A program made the translations under genes and the position numbers. Below are positions 23,930 through 38,297 of a stretch of DNA of 64,000 bases, piece by piece (the first letter of the stretch is position 1; the number at the start of each line of letters is the position of its first letter). Source of the DNA: Pseudovirgaria hyperparasitica (lineage: Eukaryota); assembly GCA_010093815.1 (NCBI GenBank), contig ML996574.1; one strand, 5' to 3'. The notes below the pieces were generated by a model. The model saw only the letters and a program-made list of their open reading frames with translations. It did no database searches and had not been told where the DNA came from.

Positions 23930-26900
23930 GGATATATTAGAGTCGTAGGCCGTTATATAATCGAGCGTCGCTATATCTAGACTCGAACCGGTCTAGCGCC
24001 TTAGTATCTTCTACGTCCTCGAGTAGAACCTATATTAGTTATAACTAACCTTTCTACTTTATAAGTACCTATCGCTTATTCCGCCCCCGTATATTTTTTA
24101 TATATAGAATGTCCTTAACCTTATACTCCGCGATGTCCTCGTCTACTTTATTAAGCTTAAGTACCGGGCCTAGGCAGGTATTAAGCCGCTCTTAGCTAGG
24201 TAGGGGGTCCTCTATAGCGCGCTCGATAAGGCTTATATAGACCGTTTTATAAAGGTCTCTAGGGAGGTCGAGGGTTACTATTAAGAGAGTAGATTAGGCT
24301 ATAACCTAGTATTTTACCTATAGCTAGTTAAGCTTCTAGCTTAGGTGGTTAGTCTTCACGTTCCGAAGGGAGAACTATACTATATCGCTAACCTTAAAAC
24401 GCTCGGCCGGGTGTCGTGACCGGTTTACCGAGTCTTAGGAGCGCTACTCGGCCTAGATAATAGCCGCTTAAGCTAAGGTAGTACCGTCCTAAAGATATTT
24501 AAGGAAATTCATAGCCCGACCTTTCGCTAAGGTCGTAGAGGCGTTAGAGAGTAGCTACCGTGGTAATAGTTCGACGTAGTATCCGTTTAGGAGTAAGTTT
24601 AGTACTATACCGGTTACTAATAAGGTATGGTTATTAAGAGTAAGCTAATATACTAGAAGATATTCCGGCTAGTTAGTTTACTTAAAAGTTACTATAACGC
24701 GTAGTACGGCCTATACCTCCTAGTTCGCACGCTTAGTACTACCGTCCATCTACGGGTAGTAGGCCGTAGAGAGGTCCTAGCGTATACCTATTATAGAGTA
24801 GAGGGTTATCTAGAACTACCTAAGCTAGTCCGAGCTCTAGTCCGTGATTATTAACTAGGGGAACCCCTAGAAACGCTACCACGTGTTACGGAACCGCATA
24901 GCGTAGTCCTTAGCTACTATAGAGGTTATCGCCTCTAGCTAAATAAACTTTAAGAGCTAGTCCGTAATAATAAGAAGATATTAGGGCCGGGACGGGTCCG
25001 ATTAGGGGAGGTCGGTTATAAAATCCATAGAAATTTAGGACTAGAACTAGTCCGGCGTTAGAAGAGGCTAGAGGAGGCTAGGGGCCTTACGTCGGTTTAT
25101 ATGGGCCCTATAGTAGTTATAGTTTCGTATGAACTACCGGATATTAGTCTATATCCGCTTCTAGTAGTACTCCCGCTAAATAGCTATATAAGTCTTATTC
25201 TTACTAGGATAGCCCGCGAGGGGGGAGGTATAGGACTTCTAGATAATGGTCGTGGTAAGGGATTTCTACTCGGGCACCTAAATAACCCCCCGCTATATTA
25301 GTATTCCGTATACCGATATAGCGTAGTCTATAATCTATTTAGTAGTAAGCGCCTCCGGTAGGAAGAGGCGTGCCCTATCTACCACGGCCCTATAGCGGGC
25401 CTAGTATACCGGGACTAACCGAATAGCCTAGTCCTAGAGCTCCTAGAGGTAGGGGTTAGTAAAGATACTTTATCCCTAGAGGAGATAGGACTCCCCGGAG
25501 CGGGTACTTACTAGTACTATTCTAATGGCCCGTGGGGTTATAAGCCGTCCCCTTAGGAGGGACTTTTTAGATAAGTTCTAGTTACGGTAGCTTAGGGTAT
25601 CTAGGCGGGCCGCCTAGAATCCCGGCTAGTATATAAGGTTATAGTTAAATAGTATAAGCTAGTCGGACTATCGTTACTACTATAGAATAAGAAGGTAAGA
25701 CTTAGTAAAGTACTTAAGGTTTTTATAGTCCGTATAGACTATAAAGGGGCGGTAGATACTTTAGAGCTTAGGTTCCCACGCCTAGAGGTACTAAACTACT
25801 ATAAGGAGCTTCTTATTATAGATCGTATAGTTCCGCTAAGCGGCCATAAGGGCCGCGGAATAGTAGGCTACCGGGTACTAAATACCCCGAACCTTTTAGG
25901 ACAGGTATCTACCTATTACGTATCTAGAGTAATCCGCCTCGACTATTATATCGCGTATCTCGTCCTAGGACTAGAGGATTAGCCTAGTAATAAAAGCGTT
26001 CTTTAGCGTATTAAACGCGCGGTCCTCGGCCAGGCCCTAGTAGAAGGCCGTCCCGGTCTTAGTAAGGGCGTAGAGTAGGGCCGCTATAGTAGAGAAGTTA
26101 GAGAGGAAGTTATAGTAGAAGTTTATAAACCTAATAAACTACTAGACGCCCCGGACCGTAGTCGGGGGCTTCTAGTCCCGGATAGCGGTGATCTTCTCCG
26201 GGTTAGGGCGGATTAACTCCCTAGCGGTAATAACGTAACCTAGATACCGGACCTCCTTAGTAGCGAAACAGTATTTAGTAAGGTTATAGTAAAGGTCCGC
26301 CTTTATAAGGAGAGATAGGATAGTTTTTATAGCGGCCTAGTAGTCTTCTAATATACCCGGGGTATATATAAGGATATTATCGAGATACGCTATATAGGTA
26401 ACCCTAAGAACCCCGCTTAGTACCCCGTTAATATAGTACTAGAAGAAGGTAGAGGCGCCGGAGAGACTAAAAGGGAGAACTATCTATTTAAAGAGGCCGA
26501 ACCGGGTATAGAAGGCCGTCTTATGTTCGTCCCTAGCGGCGACCCGTAGTTTATAAAATACCGCCCGGATATCTACCTTACTAAACCACGACGTATTACT
26601 AATAGTATATAGAGTCTCGCGTATAAGTAGTAGCGGGTATCGGTCCTATTCGGTAATACTATTAAGGGCCCTATAGTTAATATATAGCCGCTACTTCTCT
26701 CCCGGCTTAGAGATAAGAAGTACTAGCGCCCTAGCCGCTAAGGAGCTAGCCCGTATCTATCCCTTATCTATAAGATCCGTAAGCTAGCGATAGAGCTCTA
26801 CGAGTTATTCCCGAGATATAGTATAGAGTGGTCTCTAGGGGAGGTTTATAGAGGTTCCCGCTAGTATAGACTTAATATAGATATAGTAGTTAGTGTTCCC

Positions 26901-28900
26901 TCTATAGGGAGGTAGCGCCGACGCCTTTTCCTTATTAAAGAGATTACGGTAGACGTATAGCGTTAATAGAAGCGGGCGCCTATCCTCCGTAAGCTCGGTC
27001 GTATCCTAGTTGGGTACCGGAGGTAACTAGGGAAGTATAAGTTATAGAAGGCGGGTAACGTTATAGATACTAGTAGCGACTACTCGCCCACGGCGGTAAG
27101 CCGTCTCTAGACCCCTAGGAATACGGCCCTTCTCGGTAAGGACCTAGATACTTATTAGGCGCCTATAGGTATTAATATCCCGGGCTATAAGGCCGTAGGC
27201 GTGGTAAAGTATAATTTCGCCTATGCGTATATCGATAACGGCGCCGGCATAGTAGAGCCACGGACTCCTAAGGATAAGGTCCCGGTCTAGCCTAGATACT
27301 ATATAGGCGGTAAGGCGTTATCGCCACCCCGCGATATTATACTAGATAGTAATAACTTCCGTGATCTCCGGTTCTAACGCTCCGTTAGCGGCGAGAGCTA
27401 CTTAATAATATAGAACTAAGATACGCGACTTAGCTACGTCCGCTATAAGCGCCGGGCTAACTACCGCGAAACACTCGCACCCTATATCTACTAAGGCGTC
27501 TATATACTTCCTATTCTAGAGGAATAGCGATATAACGGGTAGAGGTCTATCTATAATCTAAGCGGGCGCGCTATCCTCTAGGTCGGAGCTGTTATCCGGG
27601 TCGCCTATAGCTTCGTTTCTTACTAAATATAGTAACGTCCCCCGACCCGGGCTTTAGTAGAGGGCTATACTTCCCCCGCCTTAGAGTCGGAATTAGTATT
27701 ATTCTAAGCTAGGGCCGTAACCTTAAGCGCTCGTATATTAATAGTATTTAGATAGCCCTAGTATTAGTAGCTAGCCTAGCTATACCGGGTATATACGCCC
27801 GCCGTACGGCGCTTCTAGAATAAGTCCTTCGGGATCCATAAAGGAGTCTCTTTCTTCTTAACCCTATCTCTACCCTTCGCCGTTAGGGACGCGGCTTACT
27901 TCTTACCCTTTATCTTAACGGCCTTAATAGTAACCGCTAACATCGTCGTGTCGCCGTCCTTATCCTTACTAGACCTATTTTAAGGTGCGGTGCTTTACCT
28001 AGTACGGAGCCGGAATAACTCTATATCTATACCGATATCCTAAAGGCGGCCTATAGCGGCCTCGTACTAGTCTAGAAGGCCCCGGTTTAGGGCTACCGCC
28101 TAGGTCTCCTAGTTAAGGCCGTCCCGGAGCCGCATAAGCTTCTAGTTATCGGCCTAGTATATTCCCCTAGCCTCCTAGAGGGCGGTATAGAACTATACGA
28201 AGTACTCCGTGAACGGCTCCTTTACCTTTTATATAATTATATTTAACTACTAGAGGGCCCGCTCTTTAGCATGTGTGTCTCTAAACTAGAATTTAAGGTA
28301 GTCTAAGAACGCGTACGGGTTCTAGTCGCCGTTTAGCCCCCTAGTAGAATATATAGCGCTAACCCCCCTCTATACCTTAGGCGCTAGATTAGCCTAAATA
28401 AGGGCTATTTAGTCTCTATAGGTACCGATAAAGTTAGCGTCCTAGGTAATCTTATACCGTATCGTAATAGACTATATATAGAAGAGGGCCTTAGACCCGT
28501 CGTACGGGTCGCTAAGGGAGAGAGGCTTCCTCTTAGAAGCCCGGTCGAGTATAATATATAGTATAGGAAGTAGTAAGGCGGGAGCGCGCGTAGGAAAGGC
28601 TAGTTCGGGCCTATATAGGCGTTAGGGCGCTACCGGGGAGGAGTCGGGCTAGGGTAGGGACGAGTCGCTATAAGTTAAGGTAGCGGGAGTACGGCTATAT
28701 AACTCGACCGTAAGGAGGCGGGCGTCGATACGTTATAGAGCCGTATAGATACTATATTTAATATTAGATATCCGAGACTCGCTTACCGCTTAGACGGCCG
28801 TAATAGACTCGTGGATAGACCGTATCTCGTCCCGAAAGCTAAGGAAGGAGTTAGAGAGTTACCGCATTAGATTAGAGTCTTATAGGTTAAGACTATCTTA
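23930..28900 (-). pseudogene. gag and pol of element D (protease, RT, RNase H, integrase, chromodomain); ends approximate
   Basis: ALVD.GCECFA ~27470-27500; KTAF.TRFGLF ~26490-26520; AYLD[N/D]ILI ~26380; RNase H ~25650-25980; YYP..DG ~24740-24765; chromodomain (EYKVKDIL...LVKWKG) ~23990-24130. Confidence 0.9.
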
Positions 28901-29399
28901 TACTATAAGGCCACGTATAGAAAGAGATAATTAAAGTTAAATTAATGTAATGGATATAACCAAGGTATTACTATAATAGTAATTAAGATATATTATAATT
29001 TAACTTAGAGAGAATAGGGATAAGCCGTATGGTTATAGCTTTAAGTATAGTCTTAAGTAAGGTCACGTGATACCCCTATACTAGTCTCTATCCGTCCCGG
29101 CTCCGTTATGTAATGCTAGAGATAAGGCAAAGCCGAAGTCTATAACAAGTAGTGTAGTTAGATAGAATAATAGAGTGTATTCTATTATAGAACGAATTAC
29201 TACCGAACCCTTTTAGTAGGAATCTAAGAGTATATATATAAAGGGACGCCGATCTATCTAGCATGTAACTATTTACCGCCCTTTACGTTACCTCCTAACC
29301 CTATTAGCTAAGGTATATATAGGTTAGGTTCTATCTAAGGCTAAGTCCTAATAATTATTCCTTCCCTCTAGGAAGCTACCCTTAGTAACCTAGATCGTT

Positions 29400-30830
29400 A
29401 TCTATCTCTATATCCCTATCCTAAGTCTCGTAAGACCTTAGTTAATCTCTATACTTCGTCTTAGATACTTACTAATATTTACCGATCTAAGATTTATATA
29501 AGCGTTTTCCTAATAAACTAGATTTTATCTATCTTAACTTCTTATATAGGTGAGATTACCTAATTAGGCCTAGCGTATCACATAATATAATTAGGTAAGC
29601 CCGGGTGCTACCTATATTAAAATCTTTTCTTAGAAATATTCCTTTCTTTAAAAAACTTCTTAACTCTTTATAGAGTTTTTTAGATTATTAGGTATATTAC
29701 CCGATCCTTATAGATATAGATTTATATAGATTTACTATAATTTAGTACGATTTACGCAATTTACTAATTTTCGTACCGTCCTTAGCTAGTAATAATATAA
29801 TTCGTAATAATCCGCATAAATTAATAATAATTATAATATAGTTTCCTAAAATCTCAATACTCTAAAGTAATTAGCGCGGAAATAGACGTCTTTAAATAAT
29901 CCCTATCTCGTATACGTTACTAATATATTAAAAGCTATTAATCTACCCCGACCTAGGCCGGGCTCTAATAATCTAGCTATATATTATTATAGTTATCGCT
30001 TTCCGTCGTATATTACTTACGGTAGTACTAAATCTATAATATACGGTACTTATATAACCAAGAAGCGTTATTACTTATAGGTAATTAAAGAAGTTTAAAG
30101 AACTTTACATAGATTTACTTATATTAGTATAGATTACTACTAGGCCTCTAGTAACCCCTACTAATAAGGAGCGTAGTACTACCAATCGCAACGCCTTAGA
30201 GAAGGCTTTCTACGAGCTATATATCTAAGGTAAGGGTTACGCCTAGGAGTATAATTCTAATAAGATCTATAAGGATTTATCGGAATCTACTATAGCTATT
30301 ATTACCGCGATTACTAGGTAATATCGTTTTCCTTAAATCGTTATAGATTCTTACTAATATATATTAATCTTAATAATAGTACTAAAATCTCTACTACTTC
30401 GGACTTCTTTCTATATACCGGCGATATTAAAATTCCTAGAAAAGGTTCTAGTAAAAAGGCTAAGGTTCCTTCCTCGCGTGTACTAAAGAACTATAAATTT
30501 AGGGAAGATAGCTCTAATCTAGAAGTTTCTATACTAAAGGTATATAGTTCTATACCGATCGTTAAATCTTTTCGCTAATTTATATAATTCTTAGCGTACC
30601 CGCGCCGGTCCGTCCCTCTCTATCCCGGGTTCTACCGCTCTATAGGTTTCTATAGAGGAGTTTATAGCTATAAGGCGCGCTATATAGAATTTATAGCGTC
30701 GGAACGAAAGGCTAGAGACTTATATTATAAAGCTCTATACTATGCTAAACAAGAACTAGCGGAAGAAATTAGATATAACTATCGCGGTAATTAGTACTTC
30801 TACTCCTACTCCGACTTAATTAGTTTAGAT
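29400..30830 (+). pseudogene. Probable multi-intron antisense accessory gene in the 3' region of element E; product unknown
   Basis: Several short GT...(CT/TT)AAY...AG intron-like segments separate coding-looking blocks (e.g. ~30080-30317 reads ..NRNALEKAF.EL..). Exon boundaries are not fully resolved. Confidence 0.4.
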
Positions 30831-31363
30831 CTATACTAATTAATACTAATATATCTCTTTTATCTAGCGTTTTTAGTTTTTCGGTTTTAATTTTAAAGCG
30901 ATCTTACTTCTTCTAGATAGATTAGTACGAGTTTATATAGATCTATATAGATCTTTATATTTTCTTTTAGCTTTCTTAATTTTATCTTTCTTTAATAATA
31001 ACTTCTTTAATCTCTTTAGTAATCTATACTAATCTATACTAATTAGTACCGATTTTCGATGTCCATTTCTCTTAGTAAATTATTTTTCTAAGTCTCTTTT
31101 TTAGTTAAATTTTTTAAAGTTCTAAGTTCGAACTTTCTAAGGAAGTTCCTTAATTCCTTAGAATATTTTAAAGATCTATATCTCTTTTACCTTCTTCCTT
31201 TTAGACAGCCATCCTTAGCGCTAAACTATACTAAAAAACGTTAAATCACCATACTTTAGTATAATTCTCTACGATTCCGCGGCTTCCTTTACTAATCGCT
31301 ACTTATATACTAATATCGCTACTTTACTAATATTTATTATAGGTTCCTAAGTATCTTTATTAG

Positions 31364-31515
31364 TATAAGGAGGCGGGCTCTACGCACCAACTAACTATAC
31401 TAAAAGGACCGAATCTTGAAGCTACTACTTCAAGGGTGGAGCACACTACTTATATACGACTACTATACACATATATAATCAACTGGCAGGCCACGTGCTC
31501 CTCACGTGTCTAACA
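31364..31515 (-). mobile_element. Solo LTR (152 bp) of a sixth family, inserted in the chromodomain of element E
   Basis: T(G/A)TAAGG...TCTAACA ends. Perfect TSD ATTAG at 31359-31363 and 31516-31520. The host frame WKGY.P|.EDTWEP rejoins. Strand inferred from a minus-strand TATATAAG. Confidence 0.88.
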
Positions 31516-34500
31516 ATTAGGATTATATCCTTTCTAATAAATTTTATATAGCCACGTGCTATCTTCGGCGCGTTACTAGCTAAGTATCTACTTAACTTCG
31601 TAGATATCTATACCTTCTTATATAACTACTTTATATAGTATCTATTCGGAACGATCCGGTAATAATAAGGCATGAAATGGCTCGAGAAGCGTAATATAGA
31701 ATATATTATATAACTTTAACATAGGAGGGAGTTATAACTCGTACGTCTAGTTATTAATTACACGAGTAATCTTATATAGACCTATTATTATATAGTTAAG
31801 CTTCTTCTTTAGCCTAATACTATAAATATTCTTACTATTTAGTAAAACTTTATCCCTAAAATTAAAGATTATAGGTTTTCTACCCTTATTATAGTGCGAT
31901 TTACTATAATTCGTAGTATCTTATGGTAACTTTATAACGCTTCGTTACGTTTAGAATAGTTCTATAGTAATTTCTATTACTTTAATATTAGGTTATTCTA
32001 CTTTAAACTAAGTCCCTAAGAACTATATATTATGGTTCCGACCTAAGTTTACTTTAAATAGACTTACGTAGGTTAACGTATATCGGCTATTATTATACGC
32101 GAATTCCGCGATATAGACTAACCTTATCTAGTTATCCTACTTATAGTTATAATATACGTGTAAATACGCCTCGACTATCTAATTCTACCGCTCTATCTAT
32201 CTATCTATTTATAGATAGAACGTAGTACTAAGTTTCCGCTTAATTCCTAGCGTATAGTAGAAATCCTTCTAAAATTTAGACGTTATCTACGGACCTCTAT
32301 CCGAAACTATACCGTTTAGTATACTATAGAGCCGGACTACGTTACGGAGTAGTATATCTATAAGATCCGGTACTTAGATTATCTTTCTTATAGGGATATA
32401 GTATAATATCTTTATAAATCTATCTAGAACTATAAGTAAACTATTATAAATATACCTAGAATACTTACTTAGGGGTAGATCTATAATAAAATCCATGGAT
32501 AATTCCTTCTATGCCTCCTTTAGTATAGGTAATAGCCTTAATTCGCTATATAGTAAGTATCTACATACTTTCGTATGCTAGTAAACGTTATATATTTTTA
32601 TATAGTCTTTTATATATTTATAAAGACCCGGCTAGTCGTACGTCCTTTAAATTAAATTCACCGTTCTTATAATACTAAAGTACTCTACTAACACGTAATC
32701 GTACTATTCCCTTAAAATATTAATTTATAAGCCGCCTTCCGGCACGTAGAGTCGGCCTTAGAAGTAGATCGCGTCTAATTATCGTTCCTACCTTAATAAC
32801 CATAGCGGATCTATAGCGCTTTCTTTTATACTTATAACTTTCTTTACTAATATATCGGAATTCTAGGTAGATTTAATTAAGTCTTTAAGGGTTTTCTTAG
32901 TTTCTTAGATATTTATTTAGATTACTTAATACCCGCTCTAATTCCCGCGGAGAATCGCCGAAAGTGTCCTAGCTTCTAGCATTCTATTAGATAACTAGTC
33001 TTATAGTATCTAAAGTATAGTATAGTCTAACTTACACCGACTATCTACGTTATTCTATAACGATTTCTTATAATCTTTACGCCGCGATAGAGGATTAGCT
33101 TTATTCTCTCTTCTAGCTTTATATAAGATTTTAAAGTTAAATATTAATATCTACTTAGCCTAATATACTTATTAGTAATTAAGGACCTTAGTCGATATAA
33201 AGTAACGTAGATTTACATAATCTAATAATAATTCAATCTAATATACGGAGCCTTCTAAATAATATTACTATTACTTAAAACTCTTAATAATTATAAGTAG
33301 TTCCTAGTTATACGTGTTATAACGCGTCTCTATATCCGCTATTTTATAGGAAAAGAAAGCGACCGGGTACTATTACACCTTATCTTTCATACCTATATAC
33401 GGTTAACTAATAATTCTAGTAATTATAAATCCTAACGCGTTAGTTTTAACCCGAATATACTTCTTAGAATTAAAATACCTAAGAATCGGCGTAGTTATAA
33501 AGTAATTCTTTAACGATCGGAACGTATCTCACGCTTCCGGCGTTAACTATATCTCGACCGACTTAGCTTTACGCTATACTCGCCCACCTATAGAGATTTT
33601 ACCGCCATTCTCTATAAGTTTATTAAGCGGCGCCGTAATTCATAAGAAGTCTATAATAAATTTATAATAATAGTTTACGAAACCTATAAATATTCTAATT
33701 TAACATATAGTAGTAGGTTCTAGCCATTCTATGATAGTCTTTACACGCTCCGGCTCTATTTTTAGGCCGCTATATATTATAATAAAGCCGAGAAACCTAA
33801 CTTCTTATTAGTGAAACTTATATTTAGATAATTTTACGTAGAGTTTATACTACCTTAGATAATTTAGTACTAATTTCACGTATTCTTTATAATCCTATAT
33901 GCTATTGGAGTAAATTAGTATATTATCGAGATAAACTACGTAAATCACGTTAAGTAATCCTACGAGTATAGTGTTAATATATCCTTAGAACGCTTCTAGC
34001 GTATTTATTAGCCTGAATAGTATAATAGTATACTTAAAATAACTATATCTAGTCCGAAATGCGGTTTTCTACTTATCTCCGCGACTAATTCGAAGCTAGT
34101 AATATATATCTCGTAAATCTAGCTTTATAAAGTACTTTACTATGGTGAGCCATCGCTACGTGTGTCCCTTTTTATAAATGGCTGTATTCTTAGTATAGTA
34201 GTCGCGACGAACTCACAAGTATCTCTCCTAGGTATTATAAGTTCTCTTTAAACGCACGACTTCTTATTAGTTCTCTTTTACGATAGGACGGGTCTATATA
34301 ATACTCTTAATTAATTCTTTAATAGCTAAGCCTAATAATTAATACCTATAGAGGCCCATGAACGTAAGAAAAGGTTAAATTATCGAATATTAGTGATGGG
34401 GGAAGCGTGCCGAGTAGAATGACCGAGGAAAACGCCCTCCTTAAATATATAATAAAGCCATATAATCGAGCCAGGGATATATACATATGGGGCTATAGGA

Positions 34501-34663
34501 GCGGCCTTCCATATATACCTCCCCGGCCTATAGAACTACTACCCTTAGTAGTATAGTAACCGTGTAAGAAACCGTGTAAAGAACGCCTAAAAGAAAGACC
34601 TTAATATAAATAAAATGCGCCCCTAGTAAACCTCTTGGCGCGGGTAAACCTTAGCCCGGATTA

Positions 34664-37645
34664 TTAGTTAAGGGTAGCCCTTAACTAATAATTAGGTAGG
34701 CTTTTAGGCGCCTAATCTTAGTACTCGAGATCGCGAGCCAGCTCCTAAAGAATCGTGTCGCTTATCTTAGAGAGGTTAGATTCCTCCTTATCGGATAGTT
34801 TATTAGGCCTCTTCTATCCGTAGAAGTTCTCTTCGATGTTATCTAGGCCTACATCGGGCTCGAATTTCTTAAAATTAATTAGCCGCTTAGTGGCGCGCGC
34901 CTCGTTAAATTCCTTCTAGAACGACCTATCCCCATAGACTAGCTTTTCCTATCTTACTATTTTCTTAAAGGTCTCCACGAATACCCTCGAGCCCTCCTTA
35001 AACTAGGCGTCTACCTTAGCTTTAAGTTATTAAGGACTTACGTTAAGCCACGTAGCTACCTCTTCTTTTACCTTCTAGCTATCCTATCTTTTACGGCCGA
35101 CTAATACGTTACTAACGGCGTTAAAACTTAGGAGTTAAACTACGGCTAGGAAGGCAAAAGGAATCGCGCTATATTTATTAGAAAATCCCGATAGAGACGT
35201 AGGTCCCGGAGTTAAATTTCTATGAGCTGCTGCGAGTTATTCCCATGTACCTATTTTAGGTACTTCTATTATTATATAATTAGGGCTAATCGCGATATAC
35301 TATAGAAGCATCGTGCGTCTTCCACCCTTTACGGGACCCTAGGCGCCGTGTATTATTAGTAGGCTAGAGATGCGCACTTTAAGGGACTAGTAGGGGACTA
35401 GAACGAAGGGACTAAATCGTTTTCTATTATCTGTATTATAGATCTTATCGTTAATAGCCGTGATTATACCGTTTTAATTAACCCCCTCGCGGAGCTTAGC
35501 CTTCGACTACTATTTATTTAAGAACTTATAGGAGCGGGGAATAATTATAGTATAGTCGTTACTTCGTTCGTCGTCGAGACTAATACTCCCCTAGATTATA
35601 TTAAACCCGTGTCTATCGCTAGGATCGAGGATTCGATTAATAGCGTTATCGAGATACTTAAAACCCGTCTTATCGCCCCTATCCTAGGACTTCGTATAGT
35701 ACGGGTACGAGATTAGATAGTAGTTAAGATTAGGCCGAAGAGCGATATAGGTGAGCTAGTAAAGAAGGCATTACCTAATAAACTATTAGATATAGGAGTG
35801 GTATATAGTTCGTAGCTAGCCGTAGTTCGATTTCTTATTAAACATACGCTAGTAGTACTTATATATATTAAATTCATCCCTCGCGAGTTCTAGAATACTC
35901 TTATTAAGTATAGAGGTCGTCTTTTTAAGTAGCTCGAAGAGCCCTTTAATATTAACACTTCCGGTACGTTCCCACTCGTTAAAGAGTTATCTATCTATTC
36001 TACCGTCCTCCTTCTAAATCATAAATACGATACTAGTAAGGATGGTTTTAATATTAATAACTTACTTCGGGGTCTCTAGGGCCTAGTAACGATAGATACC
36101 TAATGCCTCTATCGGATAAGGTGGCCGCGCGTACTTCGCGAACCAGGTATAGTAGTCCTTATAAACTTTAAGGGCCCCCACGTTATCTCTAAACTTATAT
36201 ACTATTTTAAGTCTCGCTACTAGGTTTAAGTAGGACATGCTAACGAGTATATTATTCTTTCTAGCCACGTCTTAGTAATGCTTATAGTAGACTTTATATA
36301 GAATAGCCATATTATCTATCTACGCTTTCTAGCGTACTAGTAGGGCCATTCCCTTAATGCTCGTGAAATTCTTCTTTAATAATATAGCTACCTTAAAAGT
36401 CTTCGTCACTAAAGGCGCGTATTAATACTTCTTAGGCTTATTCTCTTTCTCGACCGATGCTATCGTCTTAGGGTACGAACTAAGAATAACCGGGGATTAT
36501 TATATAGGCGCCCCTAGCAATTACTAAGGGCCGGTAGATAAGGCACGTCCGCGAGTAGGTTTTATCGGCGTGGCCGTAATAGATACTAAAGAGGTTCTTG
36601 CATGGCCCGGTAAGGGACGTTTACTAGTAGTAGTAGAAGGAATACTTACTTCGAACGAACGACTAGCTTCAAAGAGACGACGTGCTACTAAACTAGAAGG
36701 CGTGCTTCGTGGAGGGGACTTTACCATAGGCGTTATCTATACTAGTTTTAGTAACGGTAAGGTCTAAGGCGGAGGCGATGTACTTATCTCTTTGATTTAT
36801 AGGTAGTGTTCGACGGGCCTATAAACTATTCTACTTATCTATGACTATTAACTAGCGGGGATAATAAGTCCCGTCTTATTATAGAACGTTAGTTTATTTT
36901 ATCGGCTAGGGTAGTTCGAGAGTTACTAGAGAGATAGACTATCCTCGTTACTATCGCTAGCTAGGGCGGCATCGATATTAGAGCTCTAAAGATATACCTT
37001 GATTCCCCTTCCCTTCTATCCCTAGCTAATTTAGGACTATAGGGATACGTTTAACTAGTTCCTCGCTCTCGCCTATGTCCGTACTCGTAAGAGCGCTACT
37101 AGCTTTTCTATAAAGTTCTATATTTACTAGAGCTATCCGAGGGCGGATTAGAGTAACTAGCCGTTATTATTAGAGAGGTCTTTTCGCTAGTTTTATAGAA
37201 TCGTATTTTTAGCTTTTAGGATGCGGGAGTTAGTATCTCTTCCACAACGAATTATCTCGTGGACTTCTTTCGGAATAGAGGAGTTAATCTTTACCTTACT
37301 ATACCCTATTACGGCTCCTACTTCCTAGAAGAGGTTAACTATACTACTTAAGAGCTATTCTACGAGGCTAGTAATGTGAAGGAGATTATTAAACGTATCT
37401 AGAATATAGTTCTATCGCTCTTACGGGTTCTAGATAGCGATAATTTAATTAATAGTAGACTTATTTACTTCTATAGCTTCTATAGCCTATCCGTACGGAG
37501 TAGTAGATGGCCTCGATACTATAATAGCCGTCGATAGCCCTACTTTAGCACTTACGACTCTTAACTAGGACCGCGTCTATCTTATTAGTGCTTAACGATC
37601 TTATAACTCTTTACGGGTAGGTGTTTTCTTTTTCGGCGGGGCTAT
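34664..37645 (-). pseudogene. Extra ORF of B2 with PhyH-like Fe(II)/2OG dioxygenase domain (RIP-inactivated)
   Basis: Same as 3656-6637. Track ORFs 36524-36727 and 36083-36268 are in-frame fragments of it. Confidence 0.72.
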
Positions 37646-38297
37646 TATTATTATTAGTTCTATTAGCGAGTTACGTTCTAAGGAGAGGTAGTTAAGCGAG
37701 GCGGAAGTAGAGGAGGAGGTTTTATTAATTAAGGAGGTATGGAGAGGTGTAAGAGGGAAGAGTTATATACTATCTTAAGTTCTCTTTTTATGCCTTCTCG
37801 AATGCCGGGTATATAGTAATTTTTATAAATGATTCTTACTAACGGCTATAGGCCCGTATACGTGTCGAATCTATAAATAAATATATACTAGGTACATAGG
37901 AAATCTATAAATAAATATATCTACCGGGTATATAGCGGAATCTATAAATGAATAGATACCGGGTATATTCTTATCCTTATAAGACTTCCTATAAGTATCT
38001 TTTTCTCCTATACCTCCTCCTTCTTTTCTTCCTTATTAGTTTCTAACGGGGCCCGTTCTATAGTAACGAAATAGGCCTTTAATAGGTGGGCTTCGATTAC
38101 ACGACCGGCTTTAATATATAGTAGGTAGAATTCGCGTAAACGCCATTATGTCTTCTTTCGAGCATTACTTACTTTAATAATAAGTTTTATTATTTTATAG
38201 TAATAATAGGGTTCATTATCCTCTTTCGATAATGGAGTTTATTATTATAAGACTACTTTTATAAGTATCCCTTCCCTCCTTAAAAAAACTTCTATCC

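Larger units (their letters stand above)
21397..29147 (-). mobile_element. Full-length Ty3/gypsy chromovirus family D (7,751 bp, relatively GC-rich) inserted in the LTR of E
   Basis: 202-bp LTRs at 21397-21598 and 28946-29147. Perfect TSD AGTAG at 21392-21396 and 29148-29152. PPT at ~21599-21612. Confidence 0.95.
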
